Positions 38,183 through 48,696 of a stretch of DNA of 64,000 nt are shown piece after piece; position 1 is the stretch's first letter; each line of letters starts with the position of its first letter. Under the pieces are notes generated by a model. The model saw nothing but the letters and a program-made list of their open reading frames with translations. It had not been told where the DNA came from and ran no database searches. The stretch comes from a virus. A program made the translations under genes and the position numbers. The stretch is taken from UHGV virus genome UHGV-1367859, one strand, 5' to 3'.

Positions 38183-39331
38183 ATGGAAGAACTATCACTA
38201 GATAACATTCTGACAGGCTCTGAGGTAGAGAACCTGTTCATAGATGATGACACATCACAGGAGCCTGCACCTGATGATACAGGCAAAGAAAAGAAGGATG
38301 ATAAACCCGATGAGGGTAAAGAAAAAGAAACTACTGAGGTTAATGTAGACTCCTTGTTTACAGACAAACCAGAGAGCGTAGGTAGTGGAGATACAGAGGA
38401 AAAGGAAGATACTGACCCCGACAAAGGCAGTACTTCTCCCAAAATTTACTCTTCCATTGCCAAAGCCTTTGCAGAGGAAGGTATCTTCCCAGACCTTGAT
38501 GAAGAAGCTATTTCTAAAGTAGAAACTCCTGAAGACTTAAGAGAGCTTGTAGAGCAACAGATTAAAGCTGGTCTTGATGAAAGACAGAAGAGGATTGATG
38601 AGGCTCTCAATGTTGGAGTGGAACCTGATACTATCAGGCAGTATGAAGGTGCCATCAACTATCTTGACAGTATCAAGGATGACTCTATTGCAGCTGAGAC
38701 TGATGAAGGAGAAAAGCTTAGGAAACAGCTAATATATCAGGACTTCATCAACAGAGGTTACAGTAAGGAAAGGGCTTCAAGAGAAGTTCAGAAATCCCTT
38801 AATGGAGGTACTGATGTAGATGATGCAAGAGAGGCTTTGAAAAGCAACAAGGAATACTTCAAGTCCAAATATGAGGAAGTAATTGAAGATGCCAAGAAAG
38901 AGGAAGAGGCAGAAGTAGCAAAGAGGAAGGAACAGGCTGAGAAGCTGAGAACATCTATCCTCACTGAGAAGAAAGTCTTTGGTGATATAGAAGTTGACAA
39001 GACAACAAGGCAAAGAATATATGACAATATTGCCAAGCCTATATATAAAGACCCTGAGACAGGGGAAATGCTCACTGCCATTCAAAGATATGAAATGGAA
39101 CATAGGACAGAGTTCTTAAAGAATCTTGGTCTTATATTCACACTTACAGATGGCTTCAAGAACCTTGATGGGCTTGTAAAAGGTAAGGTAAGAAAAGAAG
39201 TAAAGAGAGGGTTCAGAGAACTGGAAAATACTCTAAACAATACTGCTAGAACCTCAGATGGTAATCTTAACTATGCAAGTGGAGTTGATTCAGAATCCTT
39301 CATAGGTAAGGGCTGGACCATTGATGCTTAA
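38183..39331 (+). CDS. acidic scaffold-like protein
   Basis: 382 aa, very Glu/Asp/Lys-rich. It lies immediately upstream of the capsid-candidate gene and behind its own promoter. Confidence 0.4.
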   Translation: MEELSLDNILTGSEVENLFIDDDTSQEPAPDDTGKEKKDDKPDEGKEKETTEVNVDSLFTDKPESVGSGDTEEKEDTDPDKGSTSPKIYSSIAKAFAEEGIFPDLDEEAISKVETPEDLRELVEQQIKAGLDERQKRIDEALNVGVEPDTIRQYEGAINYLDSIKDDSIAAETDEGEKLRKQLIYQDFINRGYSKERASREVQKSLNGGTDVDDAREALKSNKEYFKSKYEEVIEDAKKEEEAEVAKRKEQAEKLRTSILTEKKVFGDIEVDKTTRQRIYDNIAKPIYKDPETGEMLTAIQRYEMEHRTEFLKNLGLIFTLTDGFKNLDGLVKGKVRKEVKRGFRELENTLNNTARTSDGNLNYASGVDSESFIGKGWTIDA

Positions 39332-39359
39332 TAAAATATAACCAATAATCAATTTATTT

Positions 39360-40874
39360 ATGGCTGGAAAACTGAATAAGTTCCAAATGATTGGCTTTTC
39401 TCACTGGAAAGGTCTGACAAAGGACAACCACCTTGGTCAAATCTTCCAGCTTGCTCCACAGAAGGCAACTAACCTAATGGTACAGCTATTAGCTTGGTAT
39501 AGAGGTAAGACTCTTGATACCTTCCTAAGCCAGTTCCCTACAAAAGAGTTTGAAGATGACTCAGAATATTACTGGGATGTAATTGGCTCTACCAGAAGGA
39601 ACATTCCTCTGCTTGAAGCAAGAGATGAGAATGGCAATGTAGTAACCGCAACAACTGTTGCCAATGTGGGTGTTGGTACAGCTGTATTTGAGCTTGTCTT
39701 CCCTGAAGACTGGTTTGCTGATGGTGAAGTAATTGTAGGTAATCTGAATGAAGTATATCCCATGAGGATTCTTGGTAATCCGAGAATGGAAGGTACTAAT
39801 GCAGTTTACAAGGTAGAGCTAATGGGTGGAATAACCCAAGGTATTCCTGCTGAGAGACTCCTTCCAGGAGAAAGATTCAGCTATGAATATGCTCCTGTAG
39901 AAAGAGCACTTTCAAGGAAAGTTGGTGATGTTAGATTCACTTCTCCCGTATCTATGAGAAATGAATGGTCTACCATCAGAATCCAACATAAGGTACCTGG
40001 CAATATGCTCAACAAGAAACTTGCATGTGGTATTCCTGTAACAAAGGAAACTCCTACAGGTTACACTAAGTCTGTGGTTAACATGTGGATGCACTATGTT
40101 GACTGGGAAGTTGAACAGACATTCTCTGAATACAAGAATAACATTCTTGCTTTTGGTAGAAGCAATAGAAACAACAATGGAGAGTATCTGAACTTTGGTA
40201 AGTCAGGTGAAGTTATCAAGATGGGTGCTGGTCTGTTTGAACAAATGGAAGTAGCAAATACCCAATACTACAACAAGTTCAGTCTGAAACTTCTTGAAGA
40301 TGCTCTGTATGAACTGTCTGCATCCAAGCTTGACTTTGGTGACAGGTACTTCGTCATTAAGACAGGTGAAAGAGGTGCTATACAATTCCATAAGGCTGTA
40401 CTTCAGACTGTAAGTGGATGGACTCAGTTCACACTTAATGGTGATGCTCTGAATGTTGTTGAGAAGACACAAAGTACTCTTCATACTAATGCTCTTGCAG
40501 CTGGCTTCCAGTTTGTAGAGTACAGGGCACCTAATGGTGTAAGAGTGAAGCTTGATGTTGACCCATACTATGATGACCCAATAAGAAACAAGGTACAACA
40601 CCCTGATGGTGGACCTGCCTTCTCTTACAGGTATGACATCATGTACATTGGTACTATGGACCAGCCCAATATCTTCAAGTGTAAGATTAAGGGACAAGAT
40701 GAGTTCAGAGGTTATCAATGGGGATTGAGAAATCCTTTCACAGGTCAGCTTGGTAATCAATTCATGTCATATGATGAAGATTCAGCTACCTTCCATAGGA
40801 TGGCTACTCTTGGTATTTGTGTTCTTGACCCAACTAGAACAATGTCACTTATCCCTGCTATACTACAGGGCTAA
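39360..40874 (+). CDS. major capsid protein candidate
   Basis: 504 aa with no TAG. It follows the scaffold-like gene and is followed by a very strong terminator. The assignment is by context only. Confidence 0.45.
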   Translation: MAGKLNKFQMIGFSHWKGLTKDNHLGQIFQLAPQKATNLMVQLLAWYRGKTLDTFLSQFPTKEFEDDSEYYWDVIGSTRRNIPLLEARDENGNVVTATTVANVGVGTAVFELVFPEDWFADGEVIVGNLNEVYPMRILGNPRMEGTNAVYKVELMGGITQGIPAERLLPGERFSYEYAPVERALSRKVGDVRFTSPVSMRNEWSTIRIQHKVPGNMLNKKLACGIPVTKETPTGYTKSVVNMWMHYVDWEVEQTFSEYKNNILAFGRSNRNNNGEYLNFGKSGEVIKMGAGLFEQMEVANTQYYNKFSLKLLEDALYELSASKLDFGDRYFVIKTGERGAIQFHKAVLQTVSGWTQFTLNGDALNVVEKTQSTLHTNALAAGFQFVEYRAPNGVRVKLDVDPYYDDPIRNKVQHPDGGPAFSYRYDIMYIGTMDQPNIFKCKIKGQDEFRGYQWGLRNPFTGQLGNQFMSYDEDSATFHRMATLGICVLDPTRTMSLIPAILQG

Positions 40875-40875
40875 A

Positions 40876-40920
40876 CAAAATAAGGGGGAGAGAGCAATTC
40901 TCTCTTCCCCTTTCTTTAAC
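40876..40920 (+). terminator. rho-independent terminator
   Basis: Hairpin gggggagagag-caat-tctctcttcccc followed by tttcttt. Confidence 0.65.
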
Positions 40921-40936
40921 TTCATAAGGAGAAGAT

Positions 40937-41464
40937 ATGGCAAAGAAAAATATGGAAGAAATAGATGTAGCTCAGATTGACCTATCTGATGAGTTGCCTC
41001 TACAAGAGGTGCCAAAAGTTGTTCCTATAGTTGAGGAACAGCCCGCAAGAAGAGCACCAAAGCAGCTAATAAACTGCTTAAGAAATGAAAGAATCATTGT
41101 GAGACATATACCCAAGCTTGGTGGTATGATTACTAATCCCAAACATATACTCTATGGAGGTATGGCCGAGAATGCTACCAAGACATTTACAGTACCTAGG
41201 TTAAGCTCAGGTATGTACGTGAATGTACTGACAGATGATGAAAAGGCTTTCCTTGAACATATCATGAGACTTGAGGTAAATGCTCTATCTATCTATAGAA
41301 AAACAGATAACTTCTGGGATGACACAAATGATAAGGGTATCTCAAGGGTAAGACTTACCAAGCAAGATAATTATTTTAATCTGGCAGACCCAGAAGATTA
41401 TATCAGATATAAGATTCTTCTAGCTAATAAGAACTATATTGCTCCCTCACTTGAGGCACTATAG
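40937..41464 (+). CDS. hypothetical structural protein
   Basis: 175-aa ORF. Confidence 0.45.
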   Translation: MAKKNMEEIDVAQIDLSDELPLQEVPKVVPIVEEQPARRAPKQLINCLRNERIIVRHIPKLGGMITNPKHILYGGMAENATKTFTVPRLSSGMYVNVLTDDEKAFLEHIMRLEVNALSIYRKTDNFWDDTNDKGISRVRLTKQDNYFNLADPEDYIRYKILLANKNYIAPSLEAL

Positions 41465-41536
41465 GATGCTCCCAAGGCAAGCTATCAGTTTGTAATCATT
41501 TCTGAAGGTGATGAAACTAAGAATGCTAAGGTTAAC

Positions 41537-41932
41537 ATGAGTACTACAATGAAGTGCTATAAGGAGTTTGGTAAGATAGAGGAAGATGCAGATACACTGA
41601 GAGTCATCATTGAAACTATTGATGGTAGACCCCTTGCTTCTACATCTAAGCTTGAGTTCTTACAGACCAAGGCTAATGACCTTATCCAAGCAGATAGTAA
41701 AATCTTCCTTAGAGCTATTACAGACCCAATGCTTCCTACCAAAGTCCTTATTAGGAAAGCTATTGAAGCAGGTCTTATCTCTAATAGAGGAAATTATCTA
41801 TATCTAAGGAGTGATAATGCCCCATTATGTGAAGCTAATGAAGAACCTACACTCAACATAGCAGCTAAGTATCTTAATAATCCCAAGCATCAAGAAATTA
41901 AATTTTCTCTTGAGGCTAAGTTAAGGCAGTAA
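41537..41932 (+). CDS. hypothetical structural protein
   Basis: 131-aa ORF. Confidence 0.45.
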   Translation: MSTTMKCYKEFGKIEEDADTLRVIIETIDGRPLASTSKLEFLQTKANDLIQADSKIFLRAITDPMLPTKVLIRKAIEAGLISNRGNYLYLRSDNAPLCEANEEPTLNIAAKYLNNPKHQEIKFSLEAKLRQ

Positions 41933-41950
41933 CTTTAATCTTTAAGTTAC

Positions 41951-42745
41951 ATGTCGCAAATTGAAAACCTTATGACTGCGGAAGAAAGAAGAATAAGAAA
42001 TTAGGAATTTAGTAATGAGTTTGATATAATTTACAACAGCATTACAAGTAATCAGGCTCCTGGTTTGGATGAATATGAGAAGTCTGTATTTCTAACTAAG
42101 GCTCAAGATGAAGTAGTAAAAGCTTATTTTAGTCCAAAAACTAATAAGTCTCAAGAAGGTTTTGACGGAAGTGAGATAAGGTAGATTGATTTCTCTATGC
42201 TCGTGGGAGACCGTACAATAGCAGATGCAGACTCTTTTTTAGATGCACACTTTGGCAATAGAAAAAGCAGTAAAAGTATCATCCTTCAAGATGATATATT
42301 CATGTTTATCAACGAGTATGTTACAGTTTAGAGAGGTAATAACGAAACTAGATTAACTGTTATCCCTATTAGTTACTTGGAGTATAATAGACTCACTAGC
42401 AAACCTTACAAATATCCTCTAAAAAACCAAGCTTGGAGATTGCTTATTTCTGACAGTAATAGAAAGAAAGTTGAATTAATTTTAGGATATTAGGATTCCT
42501 TAATTAGTTATACCTATAGATTTGTTAGACGTCCTAAAGCTATTAGACTAAGTACATTTGACGGTCTTACTATAGGAGGTGAGAGTAGTGAGGAATGTTG
42601 TGAGCTTGACCCAATACTATTTCCAGAGATTATTCAAAGAGCTTGTGAGCTAGCTAAGGCTGCTTATATTGGAGACCTTACTTCACAGGTTGCTCTTGGT
42701 CAGACATCACAGACTAATATGGGTATTGTAACTCAAAGTAGATAA
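41951..42745 (+). CDS. amber-recoded paralogue of the downstream gene (4 in-frame TAG)
   Basis: 264 codons. The N-terminal EFSNEFD...DEYEKSVFLTKAQDEVV aligns with EEFSNEFD...DEYEKSMFLTKAQESIV of the ORF at 42748-43443. It ends with TAA. Confidence 0.5.
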
Positions 42746-42747
42746 TT

Positions 42748-43443
42748 ATGACAAATGAAGAGTTCTCAAATGAATTTGACAGCTTAGTCAACAGCAACTC
42801 TATCATCAAGCCATTTGGTGTAGACTCTATGCCATTGGAATTTGATGAATATGAAAAGTCAATGTTCCTTACAAAGGCACAGGAGAGTATAGTGATAGCA
42901 CTCTACAATGGAAACCTTATAGGAGATTCATTTGAGAAAACAGAGGAACTTAGAAGGTACTTAAGTGGCCTAGTAAAGGATTACCCTGCTACTGAATATG
43001 TAAGAGGTAATAGCCTGACAGGTGACTCTTATATCTTTAACCTTCCTGAGGATGTTTGGTTTATAACCTATGAAGCTGTAACATCAGATGATGAGAAACT
43101 AGGTTGTGCTAAAGGTTCCATTATGGAAGTAGTTCCTGTATCTCAAGATGAACTTCATAAAACAAGAAGCAATCCATTTAGAATGCCTAACAAGAGGAGG
43201 GTATTAAGGCTTGATGTGGAAGACAATAAGGTAGAACTTATCTCTGCATTTACTATAAGTAAATATCAAATTAGATACTTATCAAAGCCAGACCCCATAA
43301 TCCTTGTAGACCTGCCTGATGGACTGACAATAAATAAATTATCAAAAGCAACTAAATGCAAATTAAACCCTGCAATACACAGAGTAATACTAGAAATGGC
43401 AGTTAGCCTTGCCTTGAAGAGTAGAACCAGTGCAGGTAAGTAA
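42748..43443 (+). CDS. structural protein; standard-code paralogue of 41951-42745
   Basis: 231-aa intact ORF without TAG. Confidence 0.5.
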   Translation: MTNEEFSNEFDSLVNSNSIIKPFGVDSMPLEFDEYEKSMFLTKAQESIVIALYNGNLIGDSFEKTEELRRYLSGLVKDYPATEYVRGNSLTGDSYIFNLPEDVWFITYEAVTSDDEKLGCAKGSIMEVVPVSQDELHKTRSNPFRMPNKRRVLRLDVEDNKVELISAFTISKYQIRYLSKPDPIILVDLPDGLTINKLSKATKCKLNPAIHRVILEMAVSLALKSRTSAGK

Positions 43444-43461
43444 AACTTAATAAAATAAATT

Positions 43462-44505
43462 ATGGTATTTTCAACTAACCAAGTAAGACAACTTTATGTA
43501 GTCACAGCAGTACAGGGTGCTGCAAAGGGGACAGATGGTAAGGTGAGTGAATCAGATGCTGCTGGTACCATTGCTCTCAAGGCTGATGCTGAAGGTAAGA
43601 ACCTGTTCTTCCAGTATAAGGGGGCTGATAACCTTATGAGGAGTGACCTCATCAACATAGACAATATTCTCTATGCCAAGGCTGTAAGTGCAGAGGCTGC
43701 TACTCAGAAGTATGCACTCAAGCAGGCTGTAGTTAAACTTGATGCTACTGTAAATGGTGGTGCTCCTATTGGAGGTCAGGATTACATCCTTAGAATCTGC
43801 ATCAATCCTTATATAGGCATGTCTGATGAGGGACCCTATTATAAGTATGGTGCTGTACATGCTACAAGAAACATGACTGCTGCTCAGTTCTATACTAAGC
43901 TTGCAGCTTCTCTCTACAAGAACTTCAGCAGAGAACTTAGCAAGATGCTTGAGTTCACTATAGCTGGAAAGGTTGTAGGAAGGGTAAAGACAGATGTCAA
44001 TGGGGAAGAAACTCTGATTGATACTACTGGAGCAGCTATTACTGTAGCTGAGGACTATGAGGATGGTGTTACTATCACAGAGGTAGAACAGGAATGGACT
44101 CGTGGTATCAAGGAGCAGTCTGAGGTTAATTTCACAGTTACTCCTACTACAGTAACCTTTGATGGTGAAGAAGTTAAGTGGGGTACAGTGACAGTAAGTG
44201 ACTCTGCTAAGGTAAGAAACAATGGCAGAATGATTGCAGACCTTGAGTACTTCTGCATGGGTGAAAGAGGTGACCAATACAGAGATATTGGATGGCCTAA
44301 TAGCATTCCAACCAAGTATCTTATTGACAACCCTGATACTGCATACAATGTCCTTGAAATCCACTATGCTTATGTAGGTTCTAATGAAGGACCACAAAGG
44401 TCAGAGAAGGATATCACTATTGTATGTGCTGACAAGGCACAGCTAAACAAGCTCATTGGTCAGTTTGCTGAAGCCTCTAAGGTACAGGTTGCAGAACTAG
44501 CCTAA
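43462..44505 (+). CDS. abundant virion structural protein candidate
   Basis: 347 aa, followed by a strong terminator. No TAG. Confidence 0.45.
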   Translation: MVFSTNQVRQLYVVTAVQGAAKGTDGKVSESDAAGTIALKADAEGKNLFFQYKGADNLMRSDLINIDNILYAKAVSAEAATQKYALKQAVVKLDATVNGGAPIGGQDYILRICINPYIGMSDEGPYYKYGAVHATRNMTAAQFYTKLAASLYKNFSRELSKMLEFTIAGKVVGRVKTDVNGEETLIDTTGAAITVAEDYEDGVTITEVEQEWTRGIKEQSEVNFTVTPTTVTFDGEEVKWGTVTVSDSAKVRNNGRMIADLEYFCMGERGDQYRDIGWPNSIPTKYLIDNPDTAYNVLEIHYAYVGSNEGPQRSEKDITIVCADKAQLNKLIGQFAEASKVQVAELA

Positions 44506-44507
44506 TC

Positions 44508-44546
44508 ATAAGGGAGGTCAAAAGCCTCCCTTTTTTATTTTATACA
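44508..44546 (+). terminator. rho-independent terminator
   Basis: Hairpin gggaggtcaaaagcctccc followed by ttttttatttt. Confidence 0.65.
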
Positions 44547-44548
44547 CT

Positions 44549-45064
44549 ATGATAAAGTATAATAAGCTACAGATAGATGGTAACAAGCTCATAATAGACT
44601 TTGAGATAGAAGACAAGCCCTATTATGACAGTTTAAGTATAGAGGGTGTAAGAGTTGATACCCCTCTTACTTATGGAACTGACACTCCATACTTTCTTTA
44701 CGATGAAGATGATGTAACCCAATATACTACAGAAATCTTCATTCCAGATGCCAAGAAAGAACTTCTTATCATCACTCCTATAGTCTATATCTCTCTCCCC
44801 CCTGATACTCCTTGTGGAGCTGATGTTATTGATATGGCTGCCATTTATGATAGAAATATCTTGATAGATAAGGGGCTTGGATACCTTAAAGAGCTTGGGG
44901 ATACCTGTGAAATATCAAGGGGCTTTGTTGATTTCATACTTAACAGATATGCTCTTGATATGGCTATAGCTACTTGCAACTATAGTACTGCTATTAAGTA
45001 CTGGAAGATGCTCACAATGGTAAAAGGAACAACTCTAAAAGGATGTGGATGCAATGGAAGATAA
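44549..45064 (+). CDS. hypothetical protein
   Basis: 171-aa ORF. Confidence 0.4.
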   Translation: MIKYNKLQIDGNKLIIDFEIEDKPYYDSLSIEGVRVDTPLTYGTDTPYFLYDEDDVTQYTTEIFIPDAKKELLIITPIVYISLPPDTPCGADVIDMAAIYDRNILIDKGLGYLKELGDTCEISRGFVDFILNRYALDMAIATCNYSTAIKYWKMLTMVKGTTLKGCGCNGR

Positions 45065-45290
45065 TAAGCTATATGAAACACTCAACAGATACTTCAAGAG
45101 GTTATCTCAGGTGGGTTATATTGCTGATAGTGACACATTCTCTGTTCTAGTACTGACTTACATTACAGAGTTGAAGAAAGAACCCTCACTAACTACTGAA
45201 CAGAAGTATATTATAGAGAGAGCACTTTCTTGTCTACAAGGAAGCTGCCTCATTCCTTATGATTCATGTAAAGGAACTTGTATACAGTAA
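45045..45290 (+). CDS. hypothetical protein
   Basis: 81-aa ORF. Confidence 0.3.
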   Translation: MDAMEDNKLYETLNRYFKRLSQVGYIADSDTFSVLVLTYITELKKEPSLTTEQKYIIERALSCLQGSCLIPYDSCKGTCIQ

Positions 45291-45311
45291 AAAATAAAAA
45301 TTATTATGCTC

Positions 45312-45345
45312 TTGCAGGATAAGTAAATTTTGCTTACCTTTGTAC
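45312..45345 (+). promoter_or_regulatory. Bacteroidetes-type sigma-A promoter
   Basis: TTG at 45312-45314, a 20-nt spacer, TACCTTTG at 45335-45342. Confidence 0.5.
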
Positions 45346-46035
45346 CTAAATATAATCTTAGTGCAAAGGTAAGCATTTTTAGTATGGTTAGAGGAATTAT
45401 ATACAGATATTTATCTCCTAGTGGGAAGTCTTATATTGGACAAACTACTAATGAGAAACTAAGACGAAGAAGTTGGATGTCTGATAAATACCACTATGCT
45501 GGAGCTAAAATAGATAGAGCCAGAGCCAAGTATGGTAGTAGCTCATTCTTATATGAAGTATTATATATCTAAGAAGCTCGCAATAGAGGACCTAAATAGA
45601 TTAGAAATATACTACATAGGGCTTTATGATTCATATAGGAATGGTTATAATTGTACTATAGGTGGGGATGGAGTCCAAGGATTCAATATGAGTGTTTCTC
45701 AAAAAGAGCATCTCAGGGAATGTAATCTAGGAAAGAAATTATCTGCATCTACGAAGAGAAAGATAGGAATTGCTTCTAGAAGATGGCAAAATACTCCAAT
45801 TAATAGAGGAAGGATGTCCTCTATAAGAAAAGGCAGAAAAAATCCGAATGCAATAGCAGCAATGACCTTAGCTAAAGAGAGACCTATATTGCAGTTCACA
45901 ATGTCTGGTGAGTTTATTAGAGAGTTCCCCAGTATTAAGGCAGCTTATGAGTTTCTTGGTAAAGAAGGTAACATAACAAGTGTGTGTAAAGGTAGAAGAG
46001 CCTCTGCCTTTGGCTATGTATGGAAGTATAAATAA
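45330..46035 (+). pseudogene. GIY-YIG homing endonuclease split by a frameshift
   Basis: ORF 45330-45572 carries IYRYLSPSGKSYIGQT (GIY-YIG). ORF 45532-46035, in another frame, carries YNCTIGGDG plus NUMOD-like repeats. Together they make one GIY-YIG protein interrupted by a +1/-1 shift. Confidence 0.5.
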
Positions 46036-46786
46036 ATCAAAAAAAAGAAAAATAAATATGACATATAGAGAAATTGCTTACATGTGTCTAGATTCTTTGA
46101 AAGTAGTATCTGATGACTCATACATAACATTGGAGCATGTCCTATTTCTAATATCAAAGTTAAGAGCTTTAATACTGAAGCAAAGATATTCTGATATAAA
46201 GAAAGAGATACCCCAAAGTAACTACCAAACTATCTGTTTAGACCTTATACAAGTACCTGCTATTGCAGGAGAACCTTGTGAGGGTGGTACATATCTTAGG
46301 AGTGAAAAGAAAGTGCCTTCAACTATGTCTATAGGTACAAACACAGTGTATCCTGTAGACTTCTATCAAGGTACCCATATTACTTATGTAAGTAGGGAAA
46401 GAATGAGATATGTGGGTGAAAATAAATGGCTTAAGAATATTATCTATGTATCGAAAGGCCCAGATGATTACCTATATTTCAAGTCAAGTAACCCCCAGTT
46501 CCTATACCTTGAAAAGGTAAGAATGACAGGCATCTTTGAAGACCCTGACAAAGCAGCAGAACTTGAGTGTGACTCAGGTGATAAGAAATGTGATGTACTA
46601 GACAGGGAGTTCCCTCTTGAAGAAGGACTTGCATCTACACTGATTGAACTTGTAGTCAAGTATCTCTCTGGTGCAGTGTATAGGGGAAAAGATACTGCCA
46701 ACAATGCTTCAGATGATTTGTCGGATATAGCAACATTTATTAGAAGAAATATGAAGGGTAATTTTCAAAAGCAATTAGAGGAGTAA
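45980..46786 (+). CDS. hypothetical protein
   Basis: 268-aa ORF. Confidence 0.4.
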   Translation: MCVKVEEPLPLAMYGSINKSKKRKINMTYREIAYMCLDSLKVVSDDSYITLEHVLFLISKLRALILKQRYSDIKKEIPQSNYQTICLDLIQVPAIAGEPCEGGTYLRSEKKVPSTMSIGTNTVYPVDFYQGTHITYVSRERMRYVGENKWLKNIIYVSKGPDDYLYFKSSNPQFLYLEKVRMTGIFEDPDKAAELECDSGDKKCDVLDREFPLEEGLASTLIELVVKYLSGAVYRGKDTANNASDDLSDIATFIRRNMKGNFQKQLEE

Positions 46787-46787
46787 G

Positions 46788-47495
46788 ATGAAAGAATATT
46801 GTTTATATAAACATACCACCCCATCAGGCAAAGTATACATAGGTATAACCAGCCAAGACCCACTTCACAGATGGAACAATGGTAAGGGTTACTTTAACTG
46901 CAAGAACTCTCCCTTCAAAAATAGTATAATAAAGTATGGATGGGACAATATAACGCATGAAATACTTTATACTGGAATGACAGAACAAGAAGCTATAAGT
47001 AAGGAGAAACAATATATAGCCTATTATAAAAACTTAGGGGTCAGTCTTAATATAACAGATGGGGGAGAAGGATGCACAGGGGTTACTCCTTGGAACAAGG
47101 GTATTAAAGTTCCTTATGAAAAATCCAATAAGAGAAGGGGATGTACTCTTACAGAATCTCATAAGAAGAAGTTGAGTATAGCCCATAGAGGAAAATCATC
47201 TAGAGGTTCTGGATGGAAAATGAGTGAGAAACAAAAGGAATGTCTTAGACAAGTAAATCTTGGTAGGAAAAGACCTATGTGTGAAAGGTTGAAAATATCT
47301 GAGAACTCACCAATGTCTAAGATTGTACAAATGCTTGATAGGGAGGGAGAAGTACTAGCTGTGTACAAATCAGCTACAGAAGCAGCCTTAGCTCTAGGAG
47401 TAGATAAATCATGGTTAAGTAAGTGTTGCAGGACTGGTAAGCTTTGCAGAGGATACAAGTTCAAATATGGAGGAGTTCAGAAAGAAGGTACTTAA
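46788..47495 (+). CDS. GIY-YIG homing endonuclease
   Basis: LYKHTTPSGKVYIGIT ... NITDGGEG with C-terminal NUMOD-like repeats. Confidence 0.75.
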   Translation: MKEYCLYKHTTPSGKVYIGITSQDPLHRWNNGKGYFNCKNSPFKNSIIKYGWDNITHEILYTGMTEQEAISKEKQYIAYYKNLGVSLNITDGGEGCTGVTPWNKGIKVPYEKSNKRRGCTLTESHKKKLSIAHRGKSSRGSGWKMSEKQKECLRQVNLGRKRPMCERLKISENSPMSKIVQMLDREGEVLAVYKSATEAALALGVDKSWLSKCCRTGKLCRGYKFKYGGVQKEGT

Positions 47496-47991
47496 AGTAA
47501 GTGAGTCAAGAGTCTATAGAGTGAATAACTCATATGGAGTATATGATGCCTACAAGTATATCAGAAAGAACAAGTGGTTTGATATAGGACAACCTGTCAC
47601 AGAGCATCAGTTCTACTCCATTATAAGAAGAATGAATAACCTCCTTGCTGATACACTCATACATGGACATGACATAGAACTGCCATGCAGGATGGGTACC
47701 ATAGAGGTAAGGAAGTATGATGCAAGAGTCTCAATTGAAGATGGCAAGGTTAAGACAAACCTTCCTATAGATTGGGACAGAACACTTAAACTATGGTCAG
47801 AAGATGAGGAAGCCTATAAGGAAAGAACACTCATTAAAATGGAGGAAAAAGAAATCTTCAAGGTCTACTATAACAGGATTGATGCAGACTACAACAATAA
47901 ATCCCTCTATGAATTTGTAGTGAACAGAGACCTTAAAAGGAGATTGAAGCAAAGAATTAAAAGTGGTAACTTTGATGCTTTTAAGATATGA
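47467..47991 (+). CDS. hypothetical protein
   Basis: 174-aa ORF. Confidence 0.4.
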   Translation: MEEFRKKVLKVSESRVYRVNNSYGVYDAYKYIRKNKWFDIGQPVTEHQFYSIIRRMNNLLADTLIHGHDIELPCRMGTIEVRKYDARVSIEDGKVKTNLPIDWDRTLKLWSEDEEAYKERTLIKMEEKEIFKVYYNRIDADYNNKSLYEFVVNRDLKRRLKQRIKSGNFDAFKI

Positions 47992-48686
47992 CAAAATATA
48001 TAAGCATAAGACAAGTTCTTGATAACCTGATGGATAATCCCTTGCTACAAGATTTATCTTTAGAAAGGGCAGTCAATTATGCTGTCAGGTTCATACAGAA
48101 GGTAGGTATGCCCTCAATATTCCTTGAGAAAACAGAGAAGGTTGAGATAGAGAATTATAGAGGTAAGCTACCTTGCGACTTCTATGAAATGATACAGGTA
48201 AGAGCAGTTGGTCATAACTGTAATGGAGTACTTCATGAAGTATTCAGATACTCTACTGATTCATTTCATATGAGTCCTGATAAGACAAGAGATAATGACC
48301 TTACCTATAAACTACAGGGAAGTTGTATTTTTACTTCTATGAAGGAAGGAACTATAGAAGTAGCTTATAGAGCTTTCTCGACAGATGAAGAAGGATTCCC
48401 TCTCATACCAGAGAATGGTTCTTTTGAGGAAGCACTTGAGCTATTTATAAAGGTAAAACATTTTACAGTTCAGTTTGAGCTTGGTAGGATAACTCAACAG
48501 GTTCTGCAACACGCAGAACAACAATATGCTTGGGCAGTGGGTCAAGCTCAGTCTGACCTTGTTAGGCCCTCTATTGACCAACTCCAATCTTTCACTAATT
48601 CTTGGAATACTTTAATCTCCAGGACTAATGAGCATAGCAAAGGGTTTAAAACTCTTGGTTCTAAGGAGTATATCAAACTTCATTAA
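47988..48686 (+). CDS. hypothetical structural protein
   Basis: 232-aa ORF. Confidence 0.45.
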   Translation: MTKYISIRQVLDNLMDNPLLQDLSLERAVNYAVRFIQKVGMPSIFLEKTEKVEIENYRGKLPCDFYEMIQVRAVGHNCNGVLHEVFRYSTDSFHMSPDKTRDNDLTYKLQGSCIFTSMKEGTIEVAYRAFSTDEEGFPLIPENGSFEEALELFIKVKHFTVQFELGRITQQVLQHAEQQYAWAVGQAQSDLVRPSIDQLQSFTNSWNTLISRTNEHSKGFKTLGSKEYIKLH

Positions 48687-48696
48687 TTATATTAAC

